A model generated the notes under the pieces. The model had not been told where the DNA came from, made no database searches, and worked only from the letters and a program-made list of their open reading frames with translations. From a virus (lineage: Duplodnaviria; Caudoviricetes): a stretch of 44,181 bases of DNA. A program made the translations under genes and the position numbers. The DNA is taken from the IMG/VR virus record IMGVR_UViG_3300037742_000022, positions 1 to 44,181 of that record; one strand, written 5' to 3'. Below, piece after piece: positions 7,350-16,023 of this stretch; position 1 is the first letter of the stretch; each line of letters starts with the position of its first letter.

Positions 7350-7810
7350 GCCTCCGCATCGTTCCCGTCACCCTCGCGGTGGCCAATGCGTTTGTTGCCG
7401 AGCGCCACCGGCACCACAAGCCCGTGCGCTGGAACAAGTACAGCGTGGCGGTGGCTGACGCCGATGGCGTGATGCGCGGCGTTGCCATCGTCAACCGACC
7501 AGTGTCGCGCACGCTCGATGACGGCTCGGCGCTGGAAGTCTCACGCCTCTGCACGGACGGCGCACCCAACGCCTGTTCGATGCTCTACCGCGCCGCTTGG
7601 CGCGTGGCTCGCGAGATGGGGTTCCTCCGCATGTTCACGTACACGCTGGCCACCGAGCCGGGCACGAGCCTGCTCGCCGCTGGTTGGCGCAACGAAGGCT
7701 TGGTGCGTGGTCAGCCGTGGTCGAAGGGCAAGCGCGCCAGCCACCGCACCGACAAAGCCCCGACTTGCGACAAACAACGCTGGTCTATCTCACGGGGAGC
7801 AACGCAATGA
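7346..7810 (+). CDS. XF1762-family protein (Mom/GNAT-like, possible DNA modifier)
   Basis: ANAFVAERHRHHKP..GVAIVNRPVSRTLDDG..LEVSRLCTDG..NACSMLY..TYTLATEPGTSLLAAGW. Confidence 0.75.
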   Translation: MSLRIVPVTLAVANAFVAERHRHHKPVRWNKYSVAVADADGVMRGVAIVNRPVSRTLDDGSALEVSRLCTDGAPNACSMLYRAAWRVAREMGFLRMFTYTLATEPGTSLLAAGWRNEGLVRGQPWSKGKRASHRTDKAPTCDKQRWSISRGATQ

Positions 7811-8019
7811 CCCGCCACGCCACCACAGAAACGCACCTTGCGACCCGAAGAAACGGAGGCATCCCACCGACCGTCCGCCGCGTCGATCTGATCGAAATCG
7901 GGGCGCTGATCGGAAAAGGCACCGAAGAAGACCCGCTGCGCCTGCACTACTCCTACCACCTTCCGGACGGCACGCACCTGCTGAGCCTGTCGCATCCAAT
8001 CGACGAGCCGAAGTCATGA
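7807..8019 (+). CDS. Hypothetical protein (70 aa)
   Basis: ATGA overlaps; GGAG upstream. Confidence 0.6.
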   Translation: MTRHATTETHLATRRNGGIPPTVRRVDLIEIGALIGKGTEEDPLRLHYSYHLPDGTHLLSLSHPIDEPKS

Positions 8020-8336
8020 CCGTATCCGCGATGACGCACCAGCCGCCGCTTGATCCACCCGATCCGGTCGATCCGCCGTCGGCGAAGTATCACGACAACG
8101 AACTCGGCCCGATGGCGCTGACGTTCATCCGCGCCTGCCCGGATCGACTGACCGACTTTGAGTACTGGATCGAGACGCACGACCTGATGATTCGCGCGCA
8201 GTTGCGCGATGACCAACTCGACCGGATCGGCGCGGGCCTGGTTGCATCGGGCGACGCCGGCCGGCGATGTGTCGCTGCCATCGATGACGTGTTCGCCGAA
8301 CTTGATCGCCGGCAGGCCGCGAGGTCTGCGCCGTGA
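8016..8336 (+). CDS. Hypothetical protein (106 aa)
   Basis: ATGA overlap; Pro-rich N-terminus. Confidence 0.65.
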   Translation: MTVSAMTHQPPLDPPDPVDPPSAKYHDNELGPMALTFIRACPDRLTDFEYWIETHDLMIRAQLRDDQLDRIGAGLVASGDAGRRCVAAIDDVFAELDRRQAARSAP

Positions 8337-8340
8337 TCCT

Positions 8341-8455
8341 TCCCCTTCGCTCCGTCGGCACCAATCCCCTCGGTGCTGCGTCCCCTGGCAGCAGGCCGGC
8401 GGAGCGATCTTCCTTTGCGCCAGACGGTTTCACTCCTACGGATGGCGCGTTTTCT
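8341..8455 (+). ncRNA. Candidate structured RNA with repeated UCCCCU motifs
   Basis: 13-bp stem 8347-8359/8395-8407 encloses two hairpins with TCCCCT loops; a GCGCCA/TGGCGC hairpin and a T-run follow. Confidence 0.4.
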
Positions 8456-8475
8456 ACTGATCGGAGAAGCGCAGC

Positions 8476-8712
8476 ATGAGCAAGTTCAGCATTGGTGACC
8501 GTGTCCGCATCAAGAGCCTGCGCCACAGTGGGTTCGCGCCCTCGTCGGAACAGGGCATATGGGCGGACAACACGGCGACCGTGACCGATATCGTCGGCGA
8601 TAGCTATGTCGGCGTGCGGACTGACAACGCAGATGAAGGTCACGATCTTTGCGGCGAGGCGGGCTGGTGCTTCGACGTGCGCGATCTCGAATTGATCGAG
8701 GTTCCGGCATGA
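8476..8712 (+). CDS. Hypothetical protein, SH3/KOW-like (78 aa)
   Basis: KFSIGDRVRIK..ATVTDI..VGVRTD..WCF..DLELI; GGAG ribosome-binding site. Confidence 0.7.
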   Translation: MSKFSIGDRVRIKSLRHSGFAPSSEQGIWADNTATVTDIVGDSYVGVRTDNADEGHDLCGEAGWCFDVRDLELIEVPA

Positions 8713-8912
8713 ACCCGATCACACCCCCACGCGAATTCCTCGCCCGCCGCCTCGCTGACGAACGCTGTCGCAAGGAAGGCGCCCACGCACAACGCAGCGG
8801 GGCGAGCCGTCTCGCGGCGAGGCTCTACAAGGCTGGCAGCAGTGTCGACGCAGCGGCGCGCGAGGCGTTCCGAACCGTTGCTCGTGCGCCGACGACTGGC
8901 GGTGCGGCGTGA
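8709..8912 (+). CDS. Hypothetical protein (67 aa)
   Basis: ATGA and GTGA coupling. Confidence 0.6.
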   Translation: MNPITPPREFLARRLADERCRKEGAHAQRSGASRLAARLYKAGSSVDAAAREAFRTVARAPTTGGAA

Positions 8913-9166
8913 GCAAGCGCAAGCCAATCAGCCAGACCGAAGCCCGCGCGCTGCGTCGTCGCGTGAAGGAGCTGGAGGATCGTGACGAGGCGCGCATGCG
9001 CAGGTACGGCACCACCTACCCGGGCGGAACGCACCTCGGGAACGTTTCGTGGGACACCGACATCCACCTTGCATCGGCTGTCTACACCGCGCAAATCCTC
9101 GGACACGTCATCGTGTGCAAGGCCGACGGGAAACACACCATCCAGCTTTACGCGGTGCGCCCATGA
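8909..9166 (+). CDS. Hypothetical protein (85 aa)
   Basis: Coupled ORF on the operon strand. Confidence 0.65.
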   Translation: MSKRKPISQTEARALRRRVKELEDRDEARMRRYGTTYPGGTHLGNVSWDTDIHLASAVYTAQILGHVIVCKADGKHTIQLYAVRP

Positions 9167-9342
9167 ACCCCCTCCACGAAGCCCAGCAGATCGCCCAGCG
9201 CGAGCGCGCCATGCGCCAGGTCTGGCAGGGGATCGCGATCACCTTGGCGCTTGCGTGCGTCGGCATCGGCATTGCGGCCGGGGCTGCGCAGGATCGGGTG
9301 CGGGAGCGGGCGACGGTTGTGCTGCCGGTGGCGGCGTCGTGA
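9163..9342 (+). CDS. Small membrane protein (59 aa)
   Basis: Hydrophobic segment VWQGIAITLALACVGIGIAAG. Confidence 0.6.
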   Translation: MNPLHEAQQIAQRERAMRQVWQGIAITLALACVGIGIAAGAAQDRVRERATVVLPVAAS

Positions 9343-9590
9343 AGAACTGCACGCACTGCGTATTTGCGGATTGGGATCGGACACAGGGCGGGAAGCTGCA
9401 TCCGTCTGGCGCTGGTCGGTGCACCTTCAAGTACGTGCCGCGACCGTTGCCGGCGAGCATGTACCGAATTGGCAGCGACAGCATTTGCGGCGGATTCATC
9501 AATCGGCGCAAGGATCTTAATGACCACTGCGTCTACTACGCACGCAGTGATCGGCAGGACGTTTCGATTCAACTGACGAAGGGAGAGTGA
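9339..9590 (+). CDS. Cys-rich hypothetical protein (83 aa)
   Basis: KNCTHCVFA..GRC..HCVYY; GTGA overlap. Confidence 0.6.
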   Translation: MKNCTHCVFADWDRTQGGKLHPSGAGRCTFKYVPRPLPASMYRIGSDSICGGFINRRKDLNDHCVYYARSDRQDVSIQLTKGE

Positions 9591-9591
9591 T

Positions 9592-10125
9592 GTGAAGACT
9601 ACCGAATTGATCGGCGACATGTTCGACGAAGGCGTCCGGGTAGGGGTTGTTATCCACATTGCTGGCGCATGTCCTTGCGAGGAATCGCCCAGTCGAGCTT
9701 TGCGTGATTTCATCGACGAAGACCTTCACGAGGACTACGTCCTTTCCGATCTGGAGGCGTCGGCCCCCGGCCTGTCTGCCGCCGTGGAAAAGATTATGAA
9801 AACCCATGAGCGTGATTTGCAGGACGGTGATCGACGCACGGCAGACGCCTGCTATCGAGCCGAGGCCTGCACAGCACTGCGCGACCTTGCCAAAGGTGTG
9901 TTCCTTGTCCAGATGGATTCCGGGCACACCGAATGCCTTACCGCCGACACGAGAGGCGAATGTCTCGGCACATATCGAGGCGGCTTCGGAATCAGCTACA
10001 CACGCTGGTACTGCGTGGATCGTGTCGAAGATGCGATGCAGCAAGAGCTTGGTCGGCAGCGAGCAAAGAAGCGTGAGTCTTGGCAGAAAGCCGTGAACGA
10101 AGGCCGCGTCAGAAACGCCGCATGA
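9592..10125 (+). CDS. Hypothetical protein (177 aa)
   Basis: GGAG ribosome-binding site and GTG start; acidic composition. Confidence 0.65.
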   Translation: MKTTELIGDMFDEGVRVGVVIHIAGACPCEESPSRALRDFIDEDLHEDYVLSDLEASAPGLSAAVEKIMKTHERDLQDGDRRTADACYRAEACTALRDLAKGVFLVQMDSGHTECLTADTRGECLGTYRGGFGISYTRWYCVDRVEDAMQQELGRQRAKKRESWQKAVNEGRVRNAA

Positions 10126-10320
10126 AACAGCTCGACATCCTCGACGACGACCCGCGCCGCCTAGCTCGCGATGTGGGCGCGAGCCGAACGGACCTATGCC
10201 GAGAACTGGCTGCGCAATCCGTTCTATCCCGTCGATGAGTGCGAGCGGCGGCATGCGATGCATCTGCGGATCGCCGAACAACACGAACAACGGCTGCGCG
10301 AGTTGAGCGCGGCGAACTGA
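10122..10320 (+). pseudogene. Probable frameshifted small gene
   Basis: Coupled start MKQLDILDDDPRRLA; the protein-like continuation AMWARAERTYAENWLRNPFYP... is in the +1 frame from about 10168 to TGA 10320. Confidence 0.4.
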
Positions 10321-10368
10321 ACACACCAGCGCGCCGGCCGCTATGCCGGCAAAGGATTGGAGGAAGTG

Positions 10369-11355
10369 ATGAACGCGGTAGCAAAAATCCCGCAGTACGA
10401 GGTAGCCATCCAGGACTCGAAGGAACGCTTCGAATCGCTGGCCGGCGGCCACCTGAACTATGGCGACGAGGAAATCTTCGCCATGCAAGCCCTGACCAAA
10501 AACGACTACTCGTTCAAGATCGCGAACAGCAACCCGCGCAGCGTGCAACTGGCGATGATCAACGTCGCCAGCACAGGCCTGACGCTGAACCCGGCGATGG
10601 GCTACGCGTACCTCGTGCCGCGCGACAACGCGATCATGCTGGATATCAGCTACAAGGGCCTGATCAAGATCGCCACGGACACAGGTGCGATCATGTGGGC
10701 GCGCGCCGAATGCGTCCACGAGTCGGACAAGTTCACCTATCGCGGCCCGGCCGCGATGCCTGAGATCGTGGCCGACCCGTTCCGCGAGCGCGGCGAGATC
10801 ATCGGAGCCTACTGCATCGCCAAGACGGTCGACGGTGACATCCTGACCGAAGTCATGGATCGGGCGGCTATCGAGACGATCCGAGCGAAGTCGAGCGCCT
10901 GGAAGAACGGCGCGACTGGCAAGAAAGGCCCGTGGGAGGACTTCTTTTCCGAGATGTGCCGCAAGGCCGTGATCAAGCGCGCGCGCAAGACGTGGCCTTA
11001 TACCGACCGCGATGGCCGGATGGCCGCGGCGGTTGAAATCGCCAATCAGGCCGAGGGCGGATACGTGTTCGACCACGAGCCGCCGGCCGAGAGAACGCCG
11101 GAACAAAAGGCCATTGAGCGCAAGGCCGCGCATGACGCCGCGCTGGGGCGCCATTCGGAATCCGTCAAGTTCATCAAGGAACGGATCGAGTCTGGCGACT
11201 GGCCGGCGGTGGCTGGCGAATGGGACGCCATCCCGGCGGACGATCAAATGGCGCTGTGGCTTGCGCCCTCAAAGGGCGGTTGCCTCACGACAGCCGAGCG
11301 CACCGCCATGACCGAACAGATGCCGAAGCATCGCAACAAGGGGAACGCAGAGTGA
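10369..11355 (+). CDS. recT: RecT-family single-strand annealing recombinase
   Basis: ASTGLTLNPAMGYAYLVPR..LDISYKGLIKIA..GAYCIAK..PWEDFFSEMCRKAVIKRARKTWP. Confidence 0.9.
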   Translation: MNAVAKIPQYEVAIQDSKERFESLAGGHLNYGDEEIFAMQALTKNDYSFKIANSNPRSVQLAMINVASTGLTLNPAMGYAYLVPRDNAIMLDISYKGLIKIATDTGAIMWARAECVHESDKFTYRGPAAMPEIVADPFRERGEIIGAYCIAKTVDGDILTEVMDRAAIETIRAKSSAWKNGATGKKGPWEDFFSEMCRKAVIKRARKTWPYTDRDGRMAAAVEIANQAEGGYVFDHEPPAERTPEQKAIERKAAHDAALGRHSESVKFIKERIESGDWPAVAGEWDAIPADDQMALWLAPSKGGCLTTAERTAMTEQMPKHRNKGNAE

Positions 11356-12440
11356 GTAACGAATCCACCCAACTGACGGTTCCGCAGCGGGCCGAAAAGG
11401 CGCTGGCTTTTGCCGAGACGCGCACCAAGCTCGTCGACATGGTGGCCGGCTCGAAAAACATCGTCGAGATCACCAACGGCGACGGCTACAAGGAATGCCA
11501 CGCCGCGCGCATGGCGCTCAAGAACACGCGCATCGAGATCCAGAAGCGCGGCAAGGAAGCCCGCGAAGATGCGGTCAAGCTCCAGAAGGCGATCATCGCC
11601 AAGGAGAAGGAACTCGTCGACCTGATCGAGCCCGAGGAAGCGCGCCTGCAGGAACTGCAGGATGCCGTCGACGAGGCCAAAGCTCGCGAGAAGGCCGAGA
11701 AAGATCGTCTGGAGCGCGGGCGCGTCGAGGCCCTGCACGCCCGGTTCACGGCCATCAAGACCCTGCCGCTCGGCGCAGTGAACGCCACCGTCGAGCGCAT
11801 CGACGAAATCATCGGCGAGGCGGAAGCGATCGATCCCGCCACGTTCCCCGACGACATGCAGGCCGCAGCGAAGTTCGAGCGCAGCGTTGCCATCGCCAGC
11901 CTGCGCGCAGCGCGTGATGCCCGCGTGGCCGAAGATTCGAAGGCGGCGAAGATCAAGGCCGACCTGGAGGAACTGGAGCGCCTGCGTGCGCAACAGGCAG
12001 CCCAGCAGGCCGAGGCCGACCGCCTTGCAGCCGCCGAGCGCGAGCGCCAGGCGGCCGAGGCGCGCCGGCTGGAGGAACAGGCTCGCGCGGAACGGGAAGC
12101 CGCAGAGAACGCCGCACGCGCAGCCCGTGAGGCCGAGCAGGCCCGCATCGATGCGGAACGTGCCGAGGCCCGGCGCAAGGAAGATGCCGAGCGCGCGGAG
12201 GCGGCCGACAAACTGCGCCGCGAGCAGGCCGAGGCTGCGGCGGAACGCGCCCGTCTTGAGTCTGAGAAGGCCGCGGCGGCGCAGGCTGCACGCGACACCG
12301 CCATTGCCAGCGCCACGCTGCTGACGGCCGCTGTGGACGCCGTAGCGTTCCTGCGCGCCAAGGGGTTCGGCGACGAACTGGTCACGCAGAAACTGGACGC
12401 GGCGATCCGTCGCGATGCGCCTGAACAGGTGGCCGCATGA
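11352..12440 (+). CDS. Long coiled-coil protein (362 aa)
   Basis: Ala/Glu/Arg-rich heptads; lies between recT and ssb; GTGA overlap. Confidence 0.8.
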   Translation: MSNESTQLTVPQRAEKALAFAETRTKLVDMVAGSKNIVEITNGDGYKECHAARMALKNTRIEIQKRGKEAREDAVKLQKAIIAKEKELVDLIEPEEARLQELQDAVDEAKAREKAEKDRLERGRVEALHARFTAIKTLPLGAVNATVERIDEIIGEAEAIDPATFPDDMQAAAKFERSVAIASLRAARDARVAEDSKAAKIKADLEELERLRAQQAAQQAEADRLAAAERERQAAEARRLEEQARAEREAAENAARAAREAEQARIDAERAEARRKEDAERAEAADKLRREQAEAAAERARLESEKAAAAQAARDTAIASATLLTAAVDAVAFLRAKGFGDELVTQKLDAAIRRDAPEQVAA

Positions 12441-12892
12441 ACGTGTTTACGGGTATTGGCCGCCTTGGCCGCGATGCAGAGATTCGCTACAGCGCAGATG
12501 GCAAGCCGATCACGACGTTCGCCGTGGCAATCGAGGATGGTTTCGGCGACCGCAAGACGACAAGCTGGATCGACTGCGCCCTGTTCGGCGACCGCGGGCC
12601 GAAGATCGCGGAATACATCCGCAAGGGCGACCGCATCGGCATCACGGGCCCGATCCGGCTGGACACGTACAAGACGAACAGCGGCGAGGAACGCAGCAAG
12701 ATCGCCATGCGCGTGCAGGACGTGACGCTGCTGGGCGACAAGCGCGACGACGCAGCGCCGGCACGCAGCGGCGGCACCTCCGCACGGCCACCGCGTGAGA
12801 CGCCGCGCAAGGCCCAAGAGCAAGCGAGCGCGCCGGCCGACAACTTCGAAGACGACGAGATCCCATTCGTTTCCAACCGGAGCACATGGTAA
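12437..12892 (+). CDS. ssb: Single-stranded DNA-binding protein
   Basis: GRLGRDAEIRY..TSWIDCALFG..YIRKGDRIGITG; acidic tail FEDDEIPF. Confidence 0.95.
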   Translation: MNVFTGIGRLGRDAEIRYSADGKPITTFAVAIEDGFGDRKTTSWIDCALFGDRGPKIAEYIRKGDRIGITGPIRLDTYKTNSGEERSKIAMRVQDVTLLGDKRDDAAPARSGGTSARPPRETPRKAQEQASAPADNFEDDEIPFVSNRSTW

Positions 12893-13284
12893 TGACCACC
12901 GACAACGTTGGCGGGATGACGGATGCGGAGGCGCTGGCACACCTAGACAAGGTATGCGGCCTGCCTTCGCTGGTGACAAACCTTCGCGGCGAGAAATTCA
13001 CTTCAATCAAGTCAAGGCATGTTCGCGTGCATGTCGCCGCCCTCATCGCCGAGCGGGACGCGCTGCGGCAGGAACTACGTGCCAGCGAAAACCTGATGTT
13101 CGCCCGTCTCGACGAAGCGCGGGCCGACCGCGACCGCCTCGCCGCCCGGTGTGGTGGGTTGGAGGCTGCGTTGCGTCTGTTCAAAAAGGCAGGCTTCGGC
13201 AATTCCACCGACTTCTGCATTCAGGCTCAGGCATTTTCCGCATACCACGCGATGCTCACCCCAACCGCCGAGCGTGCGCCGTGA
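12892..13284 (+). CDS. Hypothetical protein (130 aa, coiled coil)
   Basis: TAATG coupling to ssb. Confidence 0.65.
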   Translation: MTTDNVGGMTDAEALAHLDKVCGLPSLVTNLRGEKFTSIKSRHVRVHVAALIAERDALRQELRASENLMFARLDEARADRDRLAARCGGLEAALRLFKKAGFGNSTDFCIQAQAFSAYHAMLTPTAERAP

Positions 13285-13643
13285 GTGGGTTTGTGATGGT
13301 GCCGCGCGAACTGACCGACGCGATGTTCACCGCTCACGTGGCCAACTTGAGCGTGTTGAAGAAATGGCCGGCAGCCGAAAAGCTGCTCGACCTCGCGCAA
13401 AGCACATGGGACGCCATGCTCGCAGCCGCCCCGCCCGCCCCCATCGACACCGCAGCGATCCGCGACGAGTTGCTGGCGCTGGCGGAGCGCCTAAACATCA
13501 ACAATTCCACGAATTACGAGTTTCTTGTGCGAGAGCTTCCGAGTATTGCATCAGGCCTCCGCACCATCGCCGCGAACATAGCAGCCCCGAAGGGCTGCGA
13601 CCAACGGCGCGGCACTACTACTGACGAGGGGGTGGAGGAATGA
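13281..13643 (+). CDS. Hypothetical phage protein (120 aa)
   Basis: GFVMVPRELTDAM..WDAMLAAAP motif common in phage early genes. Confidence 0.75.
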   Translation: MSGFVMVPRELTDAMFTAHVANLSVLKKWPAAEKLLDLAQSTWDAMLAAAPPAPIDTAAIRDELLALAERLNINNSTNYEFLVRELPSIASGLRTIAANIAAPKGCDQRRGTTTDEGVEE

Positions 13644-13846
13644 AAAGTTCGCGCCTTTCTTCGCTGGCAATGATTGCTGCCCTGTCTCTCGCCATGTCGC
13701 CCGATGGCGTCAACGTGTTTGACAGAGCCAAGCCGCCCGAGCAAGATCCTGAAACGAAGCGCCGGAAATTGACGAAGGCCGAAAAGAAACGTGCCAAGCG
13801 TCAGGAACGCAACCTCCGAATTGCCAGCAAGGACCCCGCGAAATGA
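13640..13846 (+). CDS. Small basic protein (68 aa)
   Basis: GGAGG ribosome-binding site; KAEKKRAKRQERN tail. Confidence 0.65.
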   Translation: MKSSRLSSLAMIAALSLAMSPDGVNVFDRAKPPEQDPETKRRKLTKAEKKRAKRQERNLRIASKDPAK

Positions 13847-14877
13847 CCCCTCCCCCGAACCCCCTTGTGCCTGTGTGTGGTGATGCGCGGCTGCGTGAGG
13901 CGCTGGAACAGTTGCGCAGCTACAACGTGGACATCGCAGCAGGCCGCATCAATTACCGCCCGCAAGATCACATCGACGTGATCGACCGCGCCCTCCTATC
14001 CCAGCACGAGCCGCAACGCGGCGAGACCTCCCCCGCACAGGAGCAGCCTGCGGGCGATGCTTTCGACTTCCGCGCCCATTTGCAGCGGCAGCGTGATTGG
14101 TCCTGCAAGACATTTGGCCCCGGCGCGCGCACTGCTGGCGTGATCGACCACATCCGCAAGGAATTGCGCGAGATTGAGGCCGACCCTGCTGACGTGTCGG
14201 AATGGATCGACGTTGCCATTCTCGCGCTCGATGGTGCGTGGCGTGCGGGCTCATCGCCGGACGATATCATTGGTGCGCTGGTCGCAAAGCAGACGAAGAA
14301 CGAAACCCGCGTGTGGCCGGATTGGCTCACCATGCCGGCGGACAAGGCAATCGAGCACGACAGAAGCAAAGACTCGCAGCCTGCGGTGAGTGCGCCGGTG
14401 TCGGCCCTTGCTCGACGCGTGGTGTCCCATCTTGATGATGGGTCGCTCGACACTTCGCGACTGCCCGGAACGATGGGTGACGACTTGCGCGCGTTGCGCG
14501 AATGCCTCGCCCGCCGCCAAAGCGCACTCCGGACCGACGACCATCCGCCCAGCAGCGAGACGGCGGGGGCATGGGCCAACTCGTCAAACCCTGACGACGT
14601 AATTTCCAACGCCAGAAAGAATCGCCTGTCTGAGAACAATGGGTCGCCGGGAAAAACGTTAGCCGCCTTGTTTTCGATTCCACTATTCCACCACCCCGCC
14701 CCGATGGCGCCCCAGCCGAGCGAGTCCGATGCGCGGGATGCGGCGCCGAAGTGTCAGCGTTGCAACGGTAGCGGCGAGTACTGCCTTGGCGGGCGTAGTG
14801 CGCACCCATCGAATTGGCGGAAGTGCGAAGACTGCGCCGCCATCGCGGGGCGTACGGGCAAGGGGGAGGGGCAATGA
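13843..14877 (+). CDS. DUF550 (dATP/dGTP pyrophosphohydrolase-like) domain protein with a C-terminal zinc finger
   Basis: HLQRQRDWSCKTFGPG..GVIDHIRKELREI..EWIDVAILALDGAWR..KQTKNETRVWPDW; C-terminal CQRCNGSG..CEDC. Confidence 0.8.
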   Translation: MTPPPNPLVPVCGDARLREALEQLRSYNVDIAAGRINYRPQDHIDVIDRALLSQHEPQRGETSPAQEQPAGDAFDFRAHLQRQRDWSCKTFGPGARTAGVIDHIRKELREIEADPADVSEWIDVAILALDGAWRAGSSPDDIIGALVAKQTKNETRVWPDWLTMPADKAIEHDRSKDSQPAVSAPVSALARRVVSHLDDGSLDTSRLPGTMGDDLRALRECLARRQSALRTDDHPPSSETAGAWANSSNPDDVISNARKNRLSENNGSPGKTLAALFSIPLFHHPAPMAPQPSESDARDAAPKCQRCNGSGEYCLGGRSAHPSNWRKCEDCAAIAGRTGKGEGQ

Positions 14878-15161
14878 CGATGGCCCGAGCAATCCAACCG
14901 AACGTTTCCGTCGATGGCGAGCTTATGGTTTCGCTTCGCGACTGCACCTATGACGACAAGCCGCGCGGACGCGGGGGAATCGGAGCCGTTTACCACGCGA
15001 TTGTCCGCCGTGATGGCAGGGACGTGCTCGCATGCGGTGCGGGGTTCCCGATCCGGGGGATGGAAGAGCCAGTGGGCGGCCTGCTGCAATCGGAGAAATG
15101 TGCGCGATCCGGGTGCCGACAAGCATTCGAACGCGCCGCCAACGCCAAGGAACCAACATGA
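14874..15161 (+). CDS. Hypothetical protein (95 aa)
   Basis: ATGA coupling; contains several Cys residues. Confidence 0.6.
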   Translation: MTMARAIQPNVSVDGELMVSLRDCTYDDKPRGRGGIGAVYHAIVRRDGRDVLACGAGFPIRGMEEPVGGLLQSEKCARSGCRQAFERAANAKEPT

Positions 15162-15483
15162 CCACGACTGACCAAGGGCGAGACTATGCGCGGTTGCGGG
15201 AGGCGGTGGCTGGGTTGGCGGGAATACCGCAGAGAACCGCGCCGCATGGAATCGTCGCGCGCCCAGCGCAGAGGCGAAGGATGCGCATCGTTACCTTGCG
15301 GCGATCAATTCTGCGCTCGGTGTCGGTGGCGATTTCCCGCTGCGCAAAGACGGCGATCCGCCCTATTGGTGGCGTCCGTGGCTGCAATCGGTCGCCGGGC
15401 TGGAATACGACGGCCAGCGGTTCGTGCCTGCCGCCATCGCCCAGCAAGACGCCCAGCGGGGCGGCGATGGGGAGAAGCTATGA
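15158..15483 (+). pseudogene. Frameshifted or internally deleted phage gene
   Basis: Coupled start MTTTDQGRDYARLREAVAGL. The protein-like C-terminal part (AAWNRRA..PYWWRPWL..GEKL*) is in another frame with no upstream start and ends in an ATGA overlap at 15480-15483. Confidence 0.6.
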
Positions 15484-15674
15484 AAGACCGATCCGATTTC
15501 ACATCGTTCAATGGCGGACGGTGCCCGCTTTCACAGGGGACAATCTTCGACACGCTACATCGCGACGGGAGCATTTCTCTGCGTCGCTGCATCGATACGC
15601 CGGGCCCGGTCTTCTGGAATCACCTCGGCACGCCATGCGACATCGTCGGGTATCGGGAGGTGGATCGTGGGTGA
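15480..15674 (+). CDS. Hypothetical phage protein (64 aa)
   Basis: FNGGRCP..RDG..WNH....DIVGYR motif seen in small phage proteins. Confidence 0.7.
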   Translation: MKDRSDFTSFNGGRCPLSQGTIFDTLHRDGSISLRRCIDTPGPVFWNHLGTPCDIVGYREVDRG

Positions 15675-15855
15675 CTTCCGGCCAGGGGATCGCGTGTTCG
15701 TTCTGGACGATCCGGACGCCGGGATCTTTCAGGGCATCGCCGGCACGGTTGTCGAGATCGGCGTCGCCTGCATGATGGGCGAAGGGATGATTGTCCAGTC
15801 CGCGGAGATCGGGCAATTCAAGGGGCCGTACGACATGTTTGGCAGGGTGAACTGA
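15667..15855 (+). CDS. Hypothetical protein, KOW/SH3-like (62 aa)
   Basis: GGAGG ribosome-binding site and GTG start; FRPGDRVFV..GTVVEI. Confidence 0.6.
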   Translation: MGDFRPGDRVFVLDDPDAGIFQGIAGTVVEIGVACMMGEGMIVQSAEIGQFKGPYDMFGRVN

Positions 15856-16022
15856 TGGACGCACAGCAGCTCATCCCGCGCCAGACCCGCAAGCTCCACG
15901 CCCCGCGCAAGGCCGCGCTGTACCAGATGGTGCGCGAACTGTCGGAAGATGTGGCGCGGCTGCGGGCTGAGAACGAACGGTTGCGGGCGCCCTGGTGGCG
16001 GAAGCTGTTCGGCAGGAGATAG
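15855..16022 (+). CDS. Small coiled-coil protein with a WWRKLFG tail (55 aa)
   Basis: TGATG coupling; last early gene, converging with the tail fibre gene (1-bp gap). Confidence 0.65.
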   Translation: MDAQQLIPRQTRKLHAPRKAALYQMVRELSEDVARLRAENERLRAPWWRKLFGRR

Positions 16023-16023
16023 A

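Noticed and set aside
8341-8455. Minus-strand CsrA/RsmA sponge (GGA motifs in loops)
   Set aside because: The main stem has a G-U pair only on the plus strand, the T-run is on the plus strand and no minus-strand promoter is evident. This reading is disfavoured rather than excluded.
11900-12300. TolA or other host membrane protein
   Set aside because: The resemblance is only low-complexity Ala/Glu/Arg coiled coil; there is no transmembrane anchor or TolA C-terminal domain.
13843-14877. Z-base (2-aminoadenine) genome pathway suggested by DUF550
   Set aside because: I recognise no PurZ, DatZ or phage DNA polymerase, and DUF550 occurs alone in many phages.
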